A program made the translations under genes and the position numbers. A DNA stretch of 64,000 nucleotides from a virus. Lineage: Duplodnaviria > Caudoviricetes. The DNA is taken from IMG/VR virus record IMGVR_UViG_3300020037_003335, positions 1-64,000 of that record; one strand, given 5' to 3'. Shown piece after piece: positions 30,705 to 40,904 of the stretch; within the stretch, counting starts at the first letter, position 1, and each line of letters opens with the position of its first letter. Under the pieces are notes generated by a model. That model searched no databases, was not told the origin of the DNA, and saw nothing but the letters and a program-made list of their open reading frames with translations.

Positions 30705-30745
30705 AAATAAGGGCAGATAGAAAACTATCTGCCCTTTATTTAGTT
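30705..30745 (+). terminator. intrinsic terminator
   Basis: aagggcagatag-aaaa-ctatctgccctt followed by tattt. Confidence 0.85.
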
Positions 30746-30754
30746 AGGTTTGTA

Positions 30755-30788
30755 TTGTTTAGTTAGATGAAGTTTAGTCGTACATTTG
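30755..30788 (+). promoter_or_regulatory. Bacteroidota-type promoter for the ring/muzzle/cargo operon
   Basis: TTG 30755-30757, 23-nt spacer, TACATTTG 30781-30788, right after the terminator. Confidence 0.6.
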
Positions 30789-30852
30789 TGTTTTAGAATA
30801 AAAAATGAAAGGAAAATAAAAATAAGACAGAAAAAAAACCAAAAATAAAATA

Positions 30853-31569
30853 ATGGCAACATACAAAGATGTTATATCTACGGTAAAGACTGCTTTAAAC
30901 CGTGGTATAGGTTCAAGTGATGATAGACTTAGTGCTAGATATATAATTTCAGTAGCATTAAGGAAACGTCAACGAGTATTAAAACAAGAACAAGAAAAGA
31001 AAAGTTGGGATGATAAATTTAGTTTGCAGGTTATCCCATGTATGGAGTTAATTGAAGTAGACGAGATTGAATGTGCTTGTTTACCTGCAAGTGCTAGAGG
31101 ATGTAAAGTTCTACGTACCAAAGAGAAGGTTCCTAAGCCGATTAAAGATTTAGCTAGTGTTAGCTTCTTAAATGGAGATCAGGTCAATGTGAGCACCTTT
31201 GGCAGCAATAAAGACAAATTACGCTTAGTAGCTTTACGTAAAGCTGTAGGATATTACTTAGTTAATAATTATATCTACATTGTTAATGAGCATAATAAGA
31301 AGTTTATTAGAGTTGAAGCAATATTTGAAGATCCTTATGAACCTAGCACAGTTGGATGCGAAGTAGCTGGAGCGGACGATAGTTGCTGCGCTTCTTATTT
31401 AGATATTGATTTCCCCGTACCTAACGGGTTATTAGATAGTATCGTAGTTTTAACTGCAGAAGAGATTAGTACCTTCTGGCAGTACGGTGTAAATGATATG
31501 GCTAATGATGGTATTCAAACTCAACCAGCTCCACCTTCTAGAAGAAGCAGACAAACAACAAACGAATAA
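30853..31569 (+). CDS. tail ring protein
   Basis: SDDRLSARYI, LRTKEKVPK, YYLVNNYIYI, VEAIFEDP. Confidence 0.75.
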   Translation: MATYKDVISTVKTALNRGIGSSDDRLSARYIISVALRKRQRVLKQEQEKKSWDDKFSLQVIPCMELIEVDEIECACLPASARGCKVLRTKEKVPKPIKDLASVSFLNGDQVNVSTFGSNKDKLRLVALRKAVGYYLVNNYIYIVNEHNKKFIRVEAIFEDPYEPSTVGCEVAGADDSCCASYLDIDFPVPNGLLDSIVVLTAEEISTFWQYGVNDMANDGIQTQPAPPSRRSRQTTNE

Positions 31570-31571
31570 AT

Positions 31572-32042
31572 ATGTTAGAGTGTACTAGAGCATCTATAAC
31601 TACTAATTCTATTGCTAAAGAATTTTCTAAAGGTGATAAAGAGCTTCAAAGATTATATGAGGATGTATGCGATAATTTCTTTGTTATGTTAAGCAATGAG
31701 ATCATGAGCGGCGAGACTGTAAAATTGCCGATGAGATTAGGACATATAGGATTACGCAAAATGAAAAAGAAGTCTGTTGATTGGAAAACAACTAAACAAG
31801 TTAGAATGAAGGTAGATCATAAAAACTTTTTAACCGACGGCTACATATACAAATGGTTCTGGTATCATAGGAATAATGAAGCATTGTTTACTAACAATAC
31901 ACTTTATTCATTTACTCCAACAAGAACTAATAAGCGTACATTGTGTAAAAAATTAAGATCAGAGTATATTGATGTACCTGTAATGATGATGAACAGAGGT
32001 CCGAGAGCTAAAAATCAAGTAACAGAAGAAACCCAAAATTAA
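31572..32042 (+). CDS. IHF-like protein (crAss family)
   Basis: VKLPMRLGHIGLRK...VDWKTT...TDGYIYKWFW...FTPTRTNKR. Confidence 0.75.
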   Translation: MLECTRASITTNSIAKEFSKGDKELQRLYEDVCDNFFVMLSNEIMSGETVKLPMRLGHIGLRKMKKKSVDWKTTKQVRMKVDHKNFLTDGYIYKWFWYHRNNEALFTNNTLYSFTPTRTNKRTLCKKLRSEYIDVPVMMMNRGPRAKNQVTEETQN

Positions 32043-32043
32043 C

Positions 32044-33066
32044 ATGTCAAAGATAATAAACTACATTCCATTAAAAAATATATTGGCAGATTATGAACTA
32101 ATGATGAGTGACTTAGCACAAGTTGGTGAAGACACAGTACTCCAATGGGCATCAGATGCTCTAGATAAACTTAATATTGGTAAAACATTAGACTACCAAG
32201 TTGCGTTATTAGATGTATTTAACTATACTGCTATGTTGCCTAAAGGTTTAGTGTCAATAGTACAGATTGCATACAATCAACAAAACGCAAGTAACTGCAA
32301 TAACCTAATACCCGTAGTTGCTGAAGCAGTTGTTGGTATGTGCAATGATTGCGAAATTAAAATAAAATATGAGGCAGAATGCCCAAACGGAGATTGTCCT
32401 CCAACCACATGTCCAATTAATACGCCACTACTTACTGTTAATGGTACGAATGCAGCACAGATTGCACCGTGGATTGGATACAGTAGAGTAGTGTATACTT
32501 CAGCAGATTATAATAATCCATTGACTAAATTGTGGCAGCCGCTACGATTGTGTAACAATAGTTATCATAATCTGCATTATCATATCAAGGATTGTATAAA
32601 TGTAGATGTACTTAATCGTAGCATTAACAGTACAAAGAATCCTAATCACAATATACAAAATACTAATTTACCAGCACAAAATTATTGGGCTAACGCTCCA
32701 TGTTATAGTATTGTTAATGGTAAAATAGTTACAGACTCATTACGTGAATCACAGTTGTTGATAGCATACTTAACTAAAAAAGTAGATGAAGAAGGCTATC
32801 CTATGATACCAGAAGATATACATGTAATAGATGCAGTGATGGCATACATACAAGAGAAATTAGCTCAGCGCGATTACGCAGCAGATAAAGGGCAAGCTAG
32901 CCGTCAATACTTTATTGATATGTCAGGACTTAGAAAGCTGGCATTTTCAGCTGCAATAAATAAATTTAATATGATGAGCACAGAAGAAATGGAGAATCTT
33001 AATCAGATGTTAAGCACCGTATTACCTAATAAAAATGCGTACGCTAACTTCTTTAACAGAAAATAA
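32044..33066 (+). CDS. tail tubular/ring protein
   Basis: IAYLTKKVDEEGYPMIPED motif; position before the muzzle gene. Confidence 0.75.
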   Translation: MSKIINYIPLKNILADYELMMSDLAQVGEDTVLQWASDALDKLNIGKTLDYQVALLDVFNYTAMLPKGLVSIVQIAYNQQNASNCNNLIPVVAEAVVGMCNDCEIKIKYEAECPNGDCPPTTCPINTPLLTVNGTNAAQIAPWIGYSRVVYTSADYNNPLTKLWQPLRLCNNSYHNLHYHIKDCINVDVLNRSINSTKNPNHNIQNTNLPAQNYWANAPCYSIVNGKIVTDSLRESQLLIAYLTKKVDEEGYPMIPEDIHVIDAVMAYIQEKLAQRDYAADKGQASRQYFIDMSGLRKLAFSAAINKFNMMSTEEMENLNQMLSTVLPNKNAYANFFNRK

Positions 33067-36000
33067 CATGCTAAAAGGAATGTATACGGATGGCACCTTA
33101 GATGGTACACCGAAAGACAATTATAGGTTTGCATTAAATACAGTTATTGAAAGTCAGTACGGAGAGATAAATGGTTTAGTTAATGAGAATAGTAATTATG
33201 AATGTTTGCCTAATATTGGAACAATTATTGGTAGTTTAACTATAAACGAATACATAATATTATTCTACATTACTCCATCTCAAGTGTCTGTGATAAGTAA
33301 GTTTGATCCAGAAACTTGTATCAATACTGTACTAGTAACTGACACTGTATGTGATTTAAACTTCGATGTAAATTATCCAATACAAGGTACATACAAGACA
33401 TTAGACTATTGTAATGAAACAATCATTTATTGGGTAGACGGACTTAATCCTGTACGCAAACTAAACTTATTTAGAATTGATGAAGTAGAAGTATGTGAAG
33501 ACTACGATGTATTCAGATGCTCAGAAGGCTTAACAATAGATGTAACTCAGGTCAATGATGCTGGAGGTGCTTTAGTGTGTGGTGTATACCAATTTGCTAT
33601 AGCATACGCATCAGGTAATTTTAGTTACATTACTAATCCAATAAGTATTACAGATGGAATAGTTATTGGTGGGGATTACAGATACATAGACGGATGTCCT
33701 GCAGGTACTGTAACAAGTAAGTCTATTTCACTTAACATCACAGATATTAACCTTAATGAACAGTATTTTACTATTGCAATTATACGCACAGTTAATGGAA
33801 TACAAACATTTTATGAACTAGATAAAGTACAAGTGAATGGATCTACCTACTCTTTCATATATACGGGAAGCGAGATTCATACCGCTGTACTACTTAATGA
33901 GATACTTGTCCCATCAAGTATGTATTTATCTGCATGGTTAATTGCACAGCATCAAAATAGATTAATGTTAGGTGGAGTTAAACAAACTCGTAATATTAAC
34001 TATCAAAAGTTTGCTAATGAAATTAAGGTTAATTGGATAACACGTAAAATTAAAATAGACAGCGGAGCATTAGGATATAAAAATCCTATGAATACGTACC
34101 AACACAAATCATTTATGGCAGATGAAGTTTATTCATTAGCTGTAGTAGTTGAATTTTGTGATGGTACATTTTCACCTGCATTTCATATTCCAGGTAGACC
34201 TAAAGATGTAGTAATACCTGCCCCATATACTTGTGACATAGAAATAAATTCTCAGGTACTTACTGAGATTCCTGTATGGCCAGATCCATTTGAGATTCCA
34301 CTGCCTGTAACTTATACAGATATAGATGAAATAGTTCCAGCTTTAGATGTTAATAACTTTTTAGGTTGTGATGCTCCAGTATGGCAAGTGTTTAATACTG
34401 CGTGTAGACGTACAGCACCAGAAGAAGAGTTAACTTATGAGTATGATGATTGTGGAGTTTTAATTGGTAGTAATTTAGGTATATGGCATGAAGGTGAGTT
34501 AGCGTATTGGGAAGATTGTGAATTGTATCCAGAAACTAAAGATTGTAATGGAGACCCTATGTACGGTGATTTAGCTGGAACTCCAGTAAGGTATCACAGA
34601 ATGCCGAGCAGAAAATTAGAACCTCATTTCTCTGTAGAAGAATGCTGTATTGTTGAAGAACCAGATAATGGTAATGTAGGCCAACTACCGTATACAGATA
34701 CTTGGATATATCCAATAGAACTTCAGATTACTAATGTGCAGATGCCTGATGATAGTACTGTAGCAGTTAAGAAATTTCACTTCACTTATGTAGAACGTAA
34801 TGATGGGAATAAATCTGTTTTAGCTAAAGGCTTGACACATGCGTATCGTGTAGTTAAAGATTCTAATACTGACATATTGCAAGAAGTACCTTCTTTTGCT
34901 GTAAATAATTTAACTCTGCACAACTATAATCAAGACTTTAATTATACAGATTACTACAACACCACGGCATATAAATTTCATTCACCTAATACTAGCATCA
35001 GCAATTATTATTCTACTAAGTTTAAGACTGCGGCTTTAAATGTTACACATATTTCAGCAGACTATCAACATAGAGGCGAAGGTCAAACGTACGGGGTAGA
35101 AGAAGCTTTTCAATATGTACACAGGTCAAATATAAATTTAAATAGAATTGCTACAAGCCAGTTAGTACATAATCGTAGAGTAGATTACACCACTTATGTT
35201 AACGCTAACTCTATGGCATTAGGTGCTACAATGCCTGTAAATAATATAGGAAGTGAGAGTGGGGTATATGTACACCTACGTAGACTTAGTCAAGAACTTA
35301 TACCAGTTGATTATGAGATACTTCCGTTCACAATTGATTGCGGAAACTTGAGTGATACAGTACCCCTAATAGATCAACTAGGAGATGAATCTTATGAAAT
35401 ATACCAAAGTGGACAAGAAAATACAATTGATTGTGCATACAGTTATTACGTAGCTTTAAAGAATTATAAATGCACTCCTTATGGAGCTTTATTAACTCAG
35501 AGTTATATAAGTACTGGAGCATTTTTAGATGTAGAGCAATTTGATATTCCATTACAAGCTCAATTAGCTGTAACGTATGTAGCAGGAGATAGCTTCATAA
35601 ACTACTGGGCGTATCGTAGAACCAGTTTAACAGTTAATCCGCTTATAGAAAGTCCAGGCATAGGCGGATACGAAAATGTATTACCTATAGCTACCTTGAT
35701 TCACACTATAGTTGAATCTGATGTTAATGCTGAACTTAGACATGAAGGTAATATAGGAAGCGGTGAAATTTATTACCCTAGTTTAGGACGTGGAGCATGG
35801 ACTTTAGATAGTAGTATTCCTAACGGAGCTGAACCACAAAGTTCTTATCTACAACAGTTTAGATGGGATAATGATGCTGAGGAATTTGTAGGTTTAGGAA
35901 TTGATAATTACTTCAACTACAACTCTGATTACAGCAAGCCTAATAATACTAGACTGTTTATTGGTATAGGATATAACTATAAAACTTGTACTTGTAACAC

Positions 36001-37342
36001 TGATTTAAATAACACTATAGTAATATCAGATGAAGATAACTATGAAACTGATGATGATGGCTGGCTTAAATTTAGAACTAACAACTACTTGAATATGCCT
36101 AGACATACAGGTGCATTAACTAATATTGTAACCTTAAGCAATAATATGTATGCACATACTGAAAATAATTTATGGCGTATATTCTTATCAGAAGATAAGC
36201 TGTTAACCGATACTTCAAAGATATACATAGGCTCAGGCAGTATATTTGGTCAGACGCCGATGTACTTATATGCAGCTGAAGAAGGTGCTATGGGATTACA
36301 ACAACGTAGAGGCACACTGTTAAATGAACAAGGATATTTCTTTATTGATAATAAGTCTGGCACTATATTTAAATACGACGGGCAAAAACCAGAAGCAATA
36401 AACGCTGGTATCAGTAATTGGTTGAAAGAAACTTTAACTAAGCTTTACCCACTTGAAAACTTTACAAACCCTGCAGGCATAGGCTGGCATATGACTTATG
36501 ATCACAGACATAACCGTGTAATAATTACTGTAAAAGAATTTCAGCCTAAGTACAATATAATACAGATTGGATTTCAATTCTATTTACCTGGTGGTCTTAC
36601 TGAAGTAAATTTACTTGATCCAGAATACTTTTGCAATAAAAGCTTTACATTAAGTTATAGTATGCTGACACAACAGTTTGTAAGCTTTCATAGTTATATA
36701 CCAGAGCTGTATGTTAGAACACGCAAAGATTTCTTTAGTGCTAAAACACAAATAAGTCCTGGGCCCGTGTATGTATCAGGTTTATGGAAACATAATAAGA
36801 GACACGACTACCAAACATTTTATAATACTTATTATCCACACGTAATTGAAATTGTTGAAGCACATGACTCAGTTAAGACATGGGAAAATATAGCATACCT
36901 ACAAAATGCATTTGAATATAATTCAGTATACAATAAAGAAGTGCAACGTAACTTAACATTTGATAAAGCGTATGTATGGAATACAGAACAGAACAGTGGC
37001 TTACTAGCACTTGTAAATAAAATGGAAGCTACCACTGATTATATGACTAATGCTGTAAATGATAACACAGTATTTGTAAATAAGAAAGAACATATCTGGT
37101 ACTTTAATCAGTTCACAGACACAGTAGTAGATTACACATTACCGCATATAGTATCTGAATGTATTGATATTATTAAAGATTTACCTAACACATTTGTATT
37201 AGGATACAAAGATTATTTTAATATTGCTGACTTCAGAGACACGTTTGTAGTATACAGATTATACAAGGATAACAGTAATCACAACAAGATTAGATTTGTA
37301 ACAAAACAATTATCAACTAATGCAATTAAATCTTATAGATAA
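33035..37342 (+). CDS. tail stabilisation/muzzle protein (alternative start 33068)
   Basis: KGMYTD...YRFALN, IYWVDGLNPVRKLN, DEVYSLA...SPAFHIPGR, SFHSYIP. Confidence 0.85.
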   Translation: MRTLTSLTENNMLKGMYTDGTLDGTPKDNYRFALNTVIESQYGEINGLVNENSNYECLPNIGTIIGSLTINEYIILFYITPSQVSVISKFDPETCINTVLVTDTVCDLNFDVNYPIQGTYKTLDYCNETIIYWVDGLNPVRKLNLFRIDEVEVCEDYDVFRCSEGLTIDVTQVNDAGGALVCGVYQFAIAYASGNFSYITNPISITDGIVIGGDYRYIDGCPAGTVTSKSISLNITDINLNEQYFTIAIIRTVNGIQTFYELDKVQVNGSTYSFIYTGSEIHTAVLLNEILVPSSMYLSAWLIAQHQNRLMLGGVKQTRNINYQKFANEIKVNWITRKIKIDSGALGYKNPMNTYQHKSFMADEVYSLAVVVEFCDGTFSPAFHIPGRPKDVVIPAPYTCDIEINSQVLTEIPVWPDPFEIPLPVTYTDIDEIVPALDVNNFLGCDAPVWQVFNTACRRTAPEEELTYEYDDCGVLIGSNLGIWHEGELAYWEDCELYPETKDCNGDPMYGDLAGTPVRYHRMPSRKLEPHFSVEECCIVEEPDNGNVGQLPYTDTWIYPIELQITNVQMPDDSTVAVKKFHFTYVERNDGNKSVLAKGLTHAYRVVKDSNTDILQEVPSFAVNNLTLHNYNQDFNYTDYYNTTAYKFHSPNTSISNYYSTKFKTAALNVTHISADYQHRGEGQTYGVEEAFQYVHRSNINLNRIATSQLVHNRRVDYTTYVNANSMALGATMPVNNIGSESGVYVHLRRLSQELIPVDYEILPFTIDCGNLSDTVPLIDQLGDESYEIYQSGQENTIDCAYSYYVALKNYKCTPYGALLTQSYISTGAFLDVEQFDIPLQAQLAVTYVAGDSFINYWAYRRTSLTVNPLIESPGIGGYENVLPIATLIHTIVESDVNAELRHEGNIGSGEIYYPSLGRGAWTLDSSIPNGAEPQSSYLQQFRWDNDAEEFVGLGIDNYFNYNSDYSKPNNTRLFIGIGYNYKTCTCNTDLNNTIVISDEDNYETDDDGWLKFRTNNYLNMPRHTGALTNIVTLSNNMYAHTENNLWRIFLSEDKLLTDTSKIYIGSGSIFGQTPMYLYAAEEGAMGLQQRRGTLLNEQGYFFIDNKSGTIFKYDGQKPEAINAGISNWLKETLTKLYPLENFTNPAGIGWHMTYDHRHNRVIITVKEFQPKYNIIQIGFQFYLPGGLTEVNLLDPEYFCNKSFTLSYSMLTQQFVSFHSYIPELYVRTRKDFFSAKTQISPGPVYVSGLWKHNKRHDYQTFYNTYYPHVIEIVEAHDSVKTWENIAYLQNAFEYNSVYNKEVQRNLTFDKAYVWNTEQNSGLLALVNKMEATTDYMTNAVNDNTVFVNKKEHIWYFNQFTDTVVDYTLPHIVSECIDIIKDLPNTFVLGYKDYFNIADFRDTFVVYRLYKDNSNHNKIRFVTKQLSTNAIKSYR

Positions 37343-40300
37343 TGGCGACAAATAAAGGTAAAACTGGAACAAAAAACACTCAGACAAGTGGATATACACC
37401 TAGTAAATCTGTAGTAAAGGTTGTAGATCCAAGGACAGGTAAACCTTATATGTACTATAAAACTTATGATGCTATCTTCGATTACAATGGTAATCAATTA
37501 GATAGTGATGACTTCAGGCATATAAGAGAACTTACAAAAATAACTCCTAAAAAAGATTATCCAACATTAGTAGCAGAAAAGAAAAAAGAATTAAGAGAAA
37601 AAGGTATAACTTCGGAATATGCAGCTTATTACAGACCTGGAGAAAGTGAAAAAGCATTATCAATTATAGATTACTCAGCGGGATACTTAGATTACACTAT
37701 GGCAGATAAGGATCTCCTAGATAGTGATATGGCTATTGAGAATGCGAAAAAATTAAAAGTTGAAAGCCAGTTAAATGATGAAGACAGAGCGTTAAAAAAA
37801 GGGACAATTCTCAAAGGGGTAGATATTCCTTTATTGTGGTCTTTAGGTATGCCTGCTAAAGGAAGATTTCCTGGTATGACTACTAGAGGCTCTTGGGATA
37901 TATCAGATTATAGACCAACTCGCGGAAGTGAAAACTTCCCTTATTACTTTACTCCACTAGGAAAAACTTACAATACTTTAGAGGAAAAAGAAAATCGCAA
38001 CGCTATAATAGACACTACTATAATGACTGCTCTTCGTGATTACCGATCAGATCCTGTAAAATACGCAAATACATCAATGGAAATGTATGATATCAGTAAT
38101 AGATTAGGAAATTTAGGGTCTTATGGAATGAGTTTAGCTCCAGATTCCTCTTATTTGTCGTTGCATGATAAGTGGGATTTAGATCCAAATGCATCTGGGC
38201 ATATGCCAAAATTTGCTCCAGATTTTGTTTATTCTGCAGGATTAACAGAATTAGGAATACCAAAGAAAGATCATGCGAGAATGATTAAAGATTTTAAAGC
38301 AGGCAAAAGTGTTACAGAAATAGCTGGATTTGCCCCTACTGTACCTGTGTATGATAGAATTTATCAAAACTCTAAAGGAGAATCTATTAAAGAGATACTA
38401 GAAGCTTTGCAAAATGCAGGTATTGTTACGCCAATTAGTGTTCATCCTAAATATAACGATAGATACAATTACGAAAATAGGATGGAAAAATTCGCATATG
38501 GTGGTAAAGTAAAAAAATATGCTAATGGAGGAAAACTTCCTATAGATATGTACGGTAGATCGGTGAGGAAATATGAAGGTGGAGGAAGAACTCCAATAAA
38601 CATTGCACCTATTGAAAGTTTGCCTGCAGGCACTATTCAAAACCCTGCATACCAAGAATATCTAGCTAAAATTAACAGTGATGGAATAGAGAAAGTAGCA
38701 CAAAGTCCAGGTTTATTAAGTACAAAATCTAGTAGTACTACTGGAGATGCAGTCGGTGCTATAGGGGGTATTGCAGGTGGATTTTTAAGTAGTGCTGGCA
38801 CAAAGCAAGTAGAGAAAGGACATATGATTGGAGGCACTGCTATGCAGGCTGCTGGTGCTGTAGCACCTATAGCTACTAACCCTGCATTACTTACAGCTAC
38901 AGGAGGTTTATCAGCATTAGCTATACCACTAGCTGCAGGTATAGGAGCACTTGCAGGCATTCCTAAACAAAAGAAATATAATAGAATTGAAGATGCAGAT
39001 AATATAGAAGAGGGAATGGCAATGTATCAAGGCCTAAATCAACAAAACAATTACATGCAAGATCCAATTAGATACGCTGCATACGGCGGCAAAATAAATC
39101 ATTATGGTGATGGAGGAGAATCGTATGATCCTACAACTGATCCTAATTTAATGAAAGAAGTTGTAATCACAGGGGCTAGAAAAAGTATAGTAGCAGATAT
39201 GTTTGCAGGGATTATTGAAAATATGAATACTTCAGGCAAAGCTAAAAATAGAAAAAATAATTTAGAAGTTATGAAAACACTAACTGCATACTTACAGAAT
39301 CCTGTACAAACTAGCAACTTTTTAAGTATGCCTACAGGCAAAGCTCCAGCATTTTATGGAGATAGCAATGTAGCACAATTTCCAGGTGCATATATGCCTA
39401 AAGCAGCATATGGTGGACAGCAAGGTGAATTAGCACAATTAGAACAATTGAACGGAGTTAAAGAAAACTATGTTGATAAATATGGCAGAACTAAAACTAC
39501 TAATGCTACAGAAAGTCATGATGCTATGGCTAGTAAAGGAAAAACTAATACTCCTACAGATTATTTACAGAATGGTGATAATATATTCTCTGCAAAAAGT
39601 TATTCTAAAAATGAGTTGGCAGCAATATTAGGAGCACATGAAGTATTAACTGGAGAAAATGTTAAACTTGGTTTAGATGTACTTACACCATACTATAACA
39701 CAAAAAGTAAAACTAAAATTAGCCCTGCAGATATAAATAAAGTTGTAGCAAATAAATTTAATCCAAAGAACTTAACCAACAACTCATTCAATACAGCAGC
39801 TATAAACGCACGTAATCAAACATACGCAAACTTAGCAACTACAAAGTTTAATGATGCACTTAATCCTGCAACATTTCAAGGTATTGCACAGCAAGGTAAT
39901 CAACAGATAGAACAAATACTACATGCAGCATATGGAGGTAAAATAAAAAAATATACGTATGGTGATGGACCATACAGAATGCAAAGTCCAGTTATGATTC
40001 CAGACATAGTACCTCCATCAGCTGAAGCTAAATGGGCAGAAGCTCAAAATTTACCTGTTGAGCTTGCTCCACCTTTTGATAAAACAGCTTGGGATAATAG
40101 ACCTGTTAATGGAGTATACGAAGAATGGAAAGGTATACCTTACACTCATCCTGGAAGTAATACAGATCCATTTGCAGATTCAGGTATGGGGCCACAGCAA
40201 GAGTGGAAAGGAATACCATATAATTATCCTGGATACAATTATACATCCCCTCAATCTTTAGAGGATTCTAGTACATCTACAAATAAAAAATCACCGTACA

Positions 40301-40890
40301 AACTTTCTTCAGCTGATATAGCTGCTTTAGGTGTAGGTGGAGCTAACGCTATGGCATCGATACTTACGCTTCAACAGAAGATGTATGATAATGAGATAAC
40401 AGATAAATCTGGGGTGTATAATATGAAAACTGAGTTACCTGATAACTTTACTAATCCTGCATTAGGAGCTTTACGTGCTGGATTACAATCAAGTGCACAG
40501 AATAATAATTGGAAAAATACTTCAGCTATGAGTAGTGAGATGCTATCTAAAACTGTTACAGGATTAAACTCAGCTTTACTTGAACAGTCTAGACAGAATG
40601 TAGGTTTATTTAATGCTAAACAAGCTGCGATTTATCAGGCATTAGGAATTGATACCGCTAATAAACAAGCTTGGAATAAAGACAAAACAGCTTTAGGTAA
40701 TTATAAATTATCTGCAATAGGAGAAAACCTTTTGAAGATGGCTAGTAATGGAAATACACGTGCTGCGGAAAATGAGTTAGCACAAATGGATGACGCTACT
40801 TTACGTGCAATGTTAGTTACAATTGGACCTAATAGTAAATATCTTACTGAACAGATTGAACGCATTATTAATTCAAGAAAAGGTAAATAA
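37342..40890 (+). CDS. ejected cargo protein with Gly/Ala-rich hydrophobic segment and repeated AxGG motifs
   Basis: 1182 aa, no Cys, position after muzzle. Confidence 0.7.
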   Translation: MATNKGKTGTKNTQTSGYTPSKSVVKVVDPRTGKPYMYYKTYDAIFDYNGNQLDSDDFRHIRELTKITPKKDYPTLVAEKKKELREKGITSEYAAYYRPGESEKALSIIDYSAGYLDYTMADKDLLDSDMAIENAKKLKVESQLNDEDRALKKGTILKGVDIPLLWSLGMPAKGRFPGMTTRGSWDISDYRPTRGSENFPYYFTPLGKTYNTLEEKENRNAIIDTTIMTALRDYRSDPVKYANTSMEMYDISNRLGNLGSYGMSLAPDSSYLSLHDKWDLDPNASGHMPKFAPDFVYSAGLTELGIPKKDHARMIKDFKAGKSVTEIAGFAPTVPVYDRIYQNSKGESIKEILEALQNAGIVTPISVHPKYNDRYNYENRMEKFAYGGKVKKYANGGKLPIDMYGRSVRKYEGGGRTPINIAPIESLPAGTIQNPAYQEYLAKINSDGIEKVAQSPGLLSTKSSSTTGDAVGAIGGIAGGFLSSAGTKQVEKGHMIGGTAMQAAGAVAPIATNPALLTATGGLSALAIPLAAGIGALAGIPKQKKYNRIEDADNIEEGMAMYQGLNQQNNYMQDPIRYAAYGGKINHYGDGGESYDPTTDPNLMKEVVITGARKSIVADMFAGIIENMNTSGKAKNRKNNLEVMKTLTAYLQNPVQTSNFLSMPTGKAPAFYGDSNVAQFPGAYMPKAAYGGQQGELAQLEQLNGVKENYVDKYGRTKTTNATESHDAMASKGKTNTPTDYLQNGDNIFSAKSYSKNELAAILGAHEVLTGENVKLGLDVLTPYYNTKSKTKISPADINKVVANKFNPKNLTNNSFNTAAINARNQTYANLATTKFNDALNPATFQGIAQQGNQQIEQILHAAYGGKIKKYTYGDGPYRMQSPVMIPDIVPPSAEAKWAEAQNLPVELAPPFDKTAWDNRPVNGVYEEWKGIPYTHPGSNTDPFADSGMGPQQEWKGIPYNYPGYNYTSPQSLEDSSTSTNKKSPYKLSSADIAALGVGGANAMASILTLQQKMYDNEITDKSGVYNMKTELPDNFTNPALGALRAGLQSSAQNNNWKNTSAMSSEMLSKTVTGLNSALLEQSRQNVGLFNAKQAAIYQALGIDTANKQAWNKDKTALGNYKLSAIGENLLKMASNGNTRAAENELAQMDDATLRAMLVTIGPNSKYLTEQIERIINSRKGK

Positions 40891-40904
40891 TATAAATCAA
40901 TAAT

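Noticed and set aside
40120-40225. EWKGIPY duplicated in the cargo protein
   Set aside because: Two short copies in a low-complexity linker, with no further support for function
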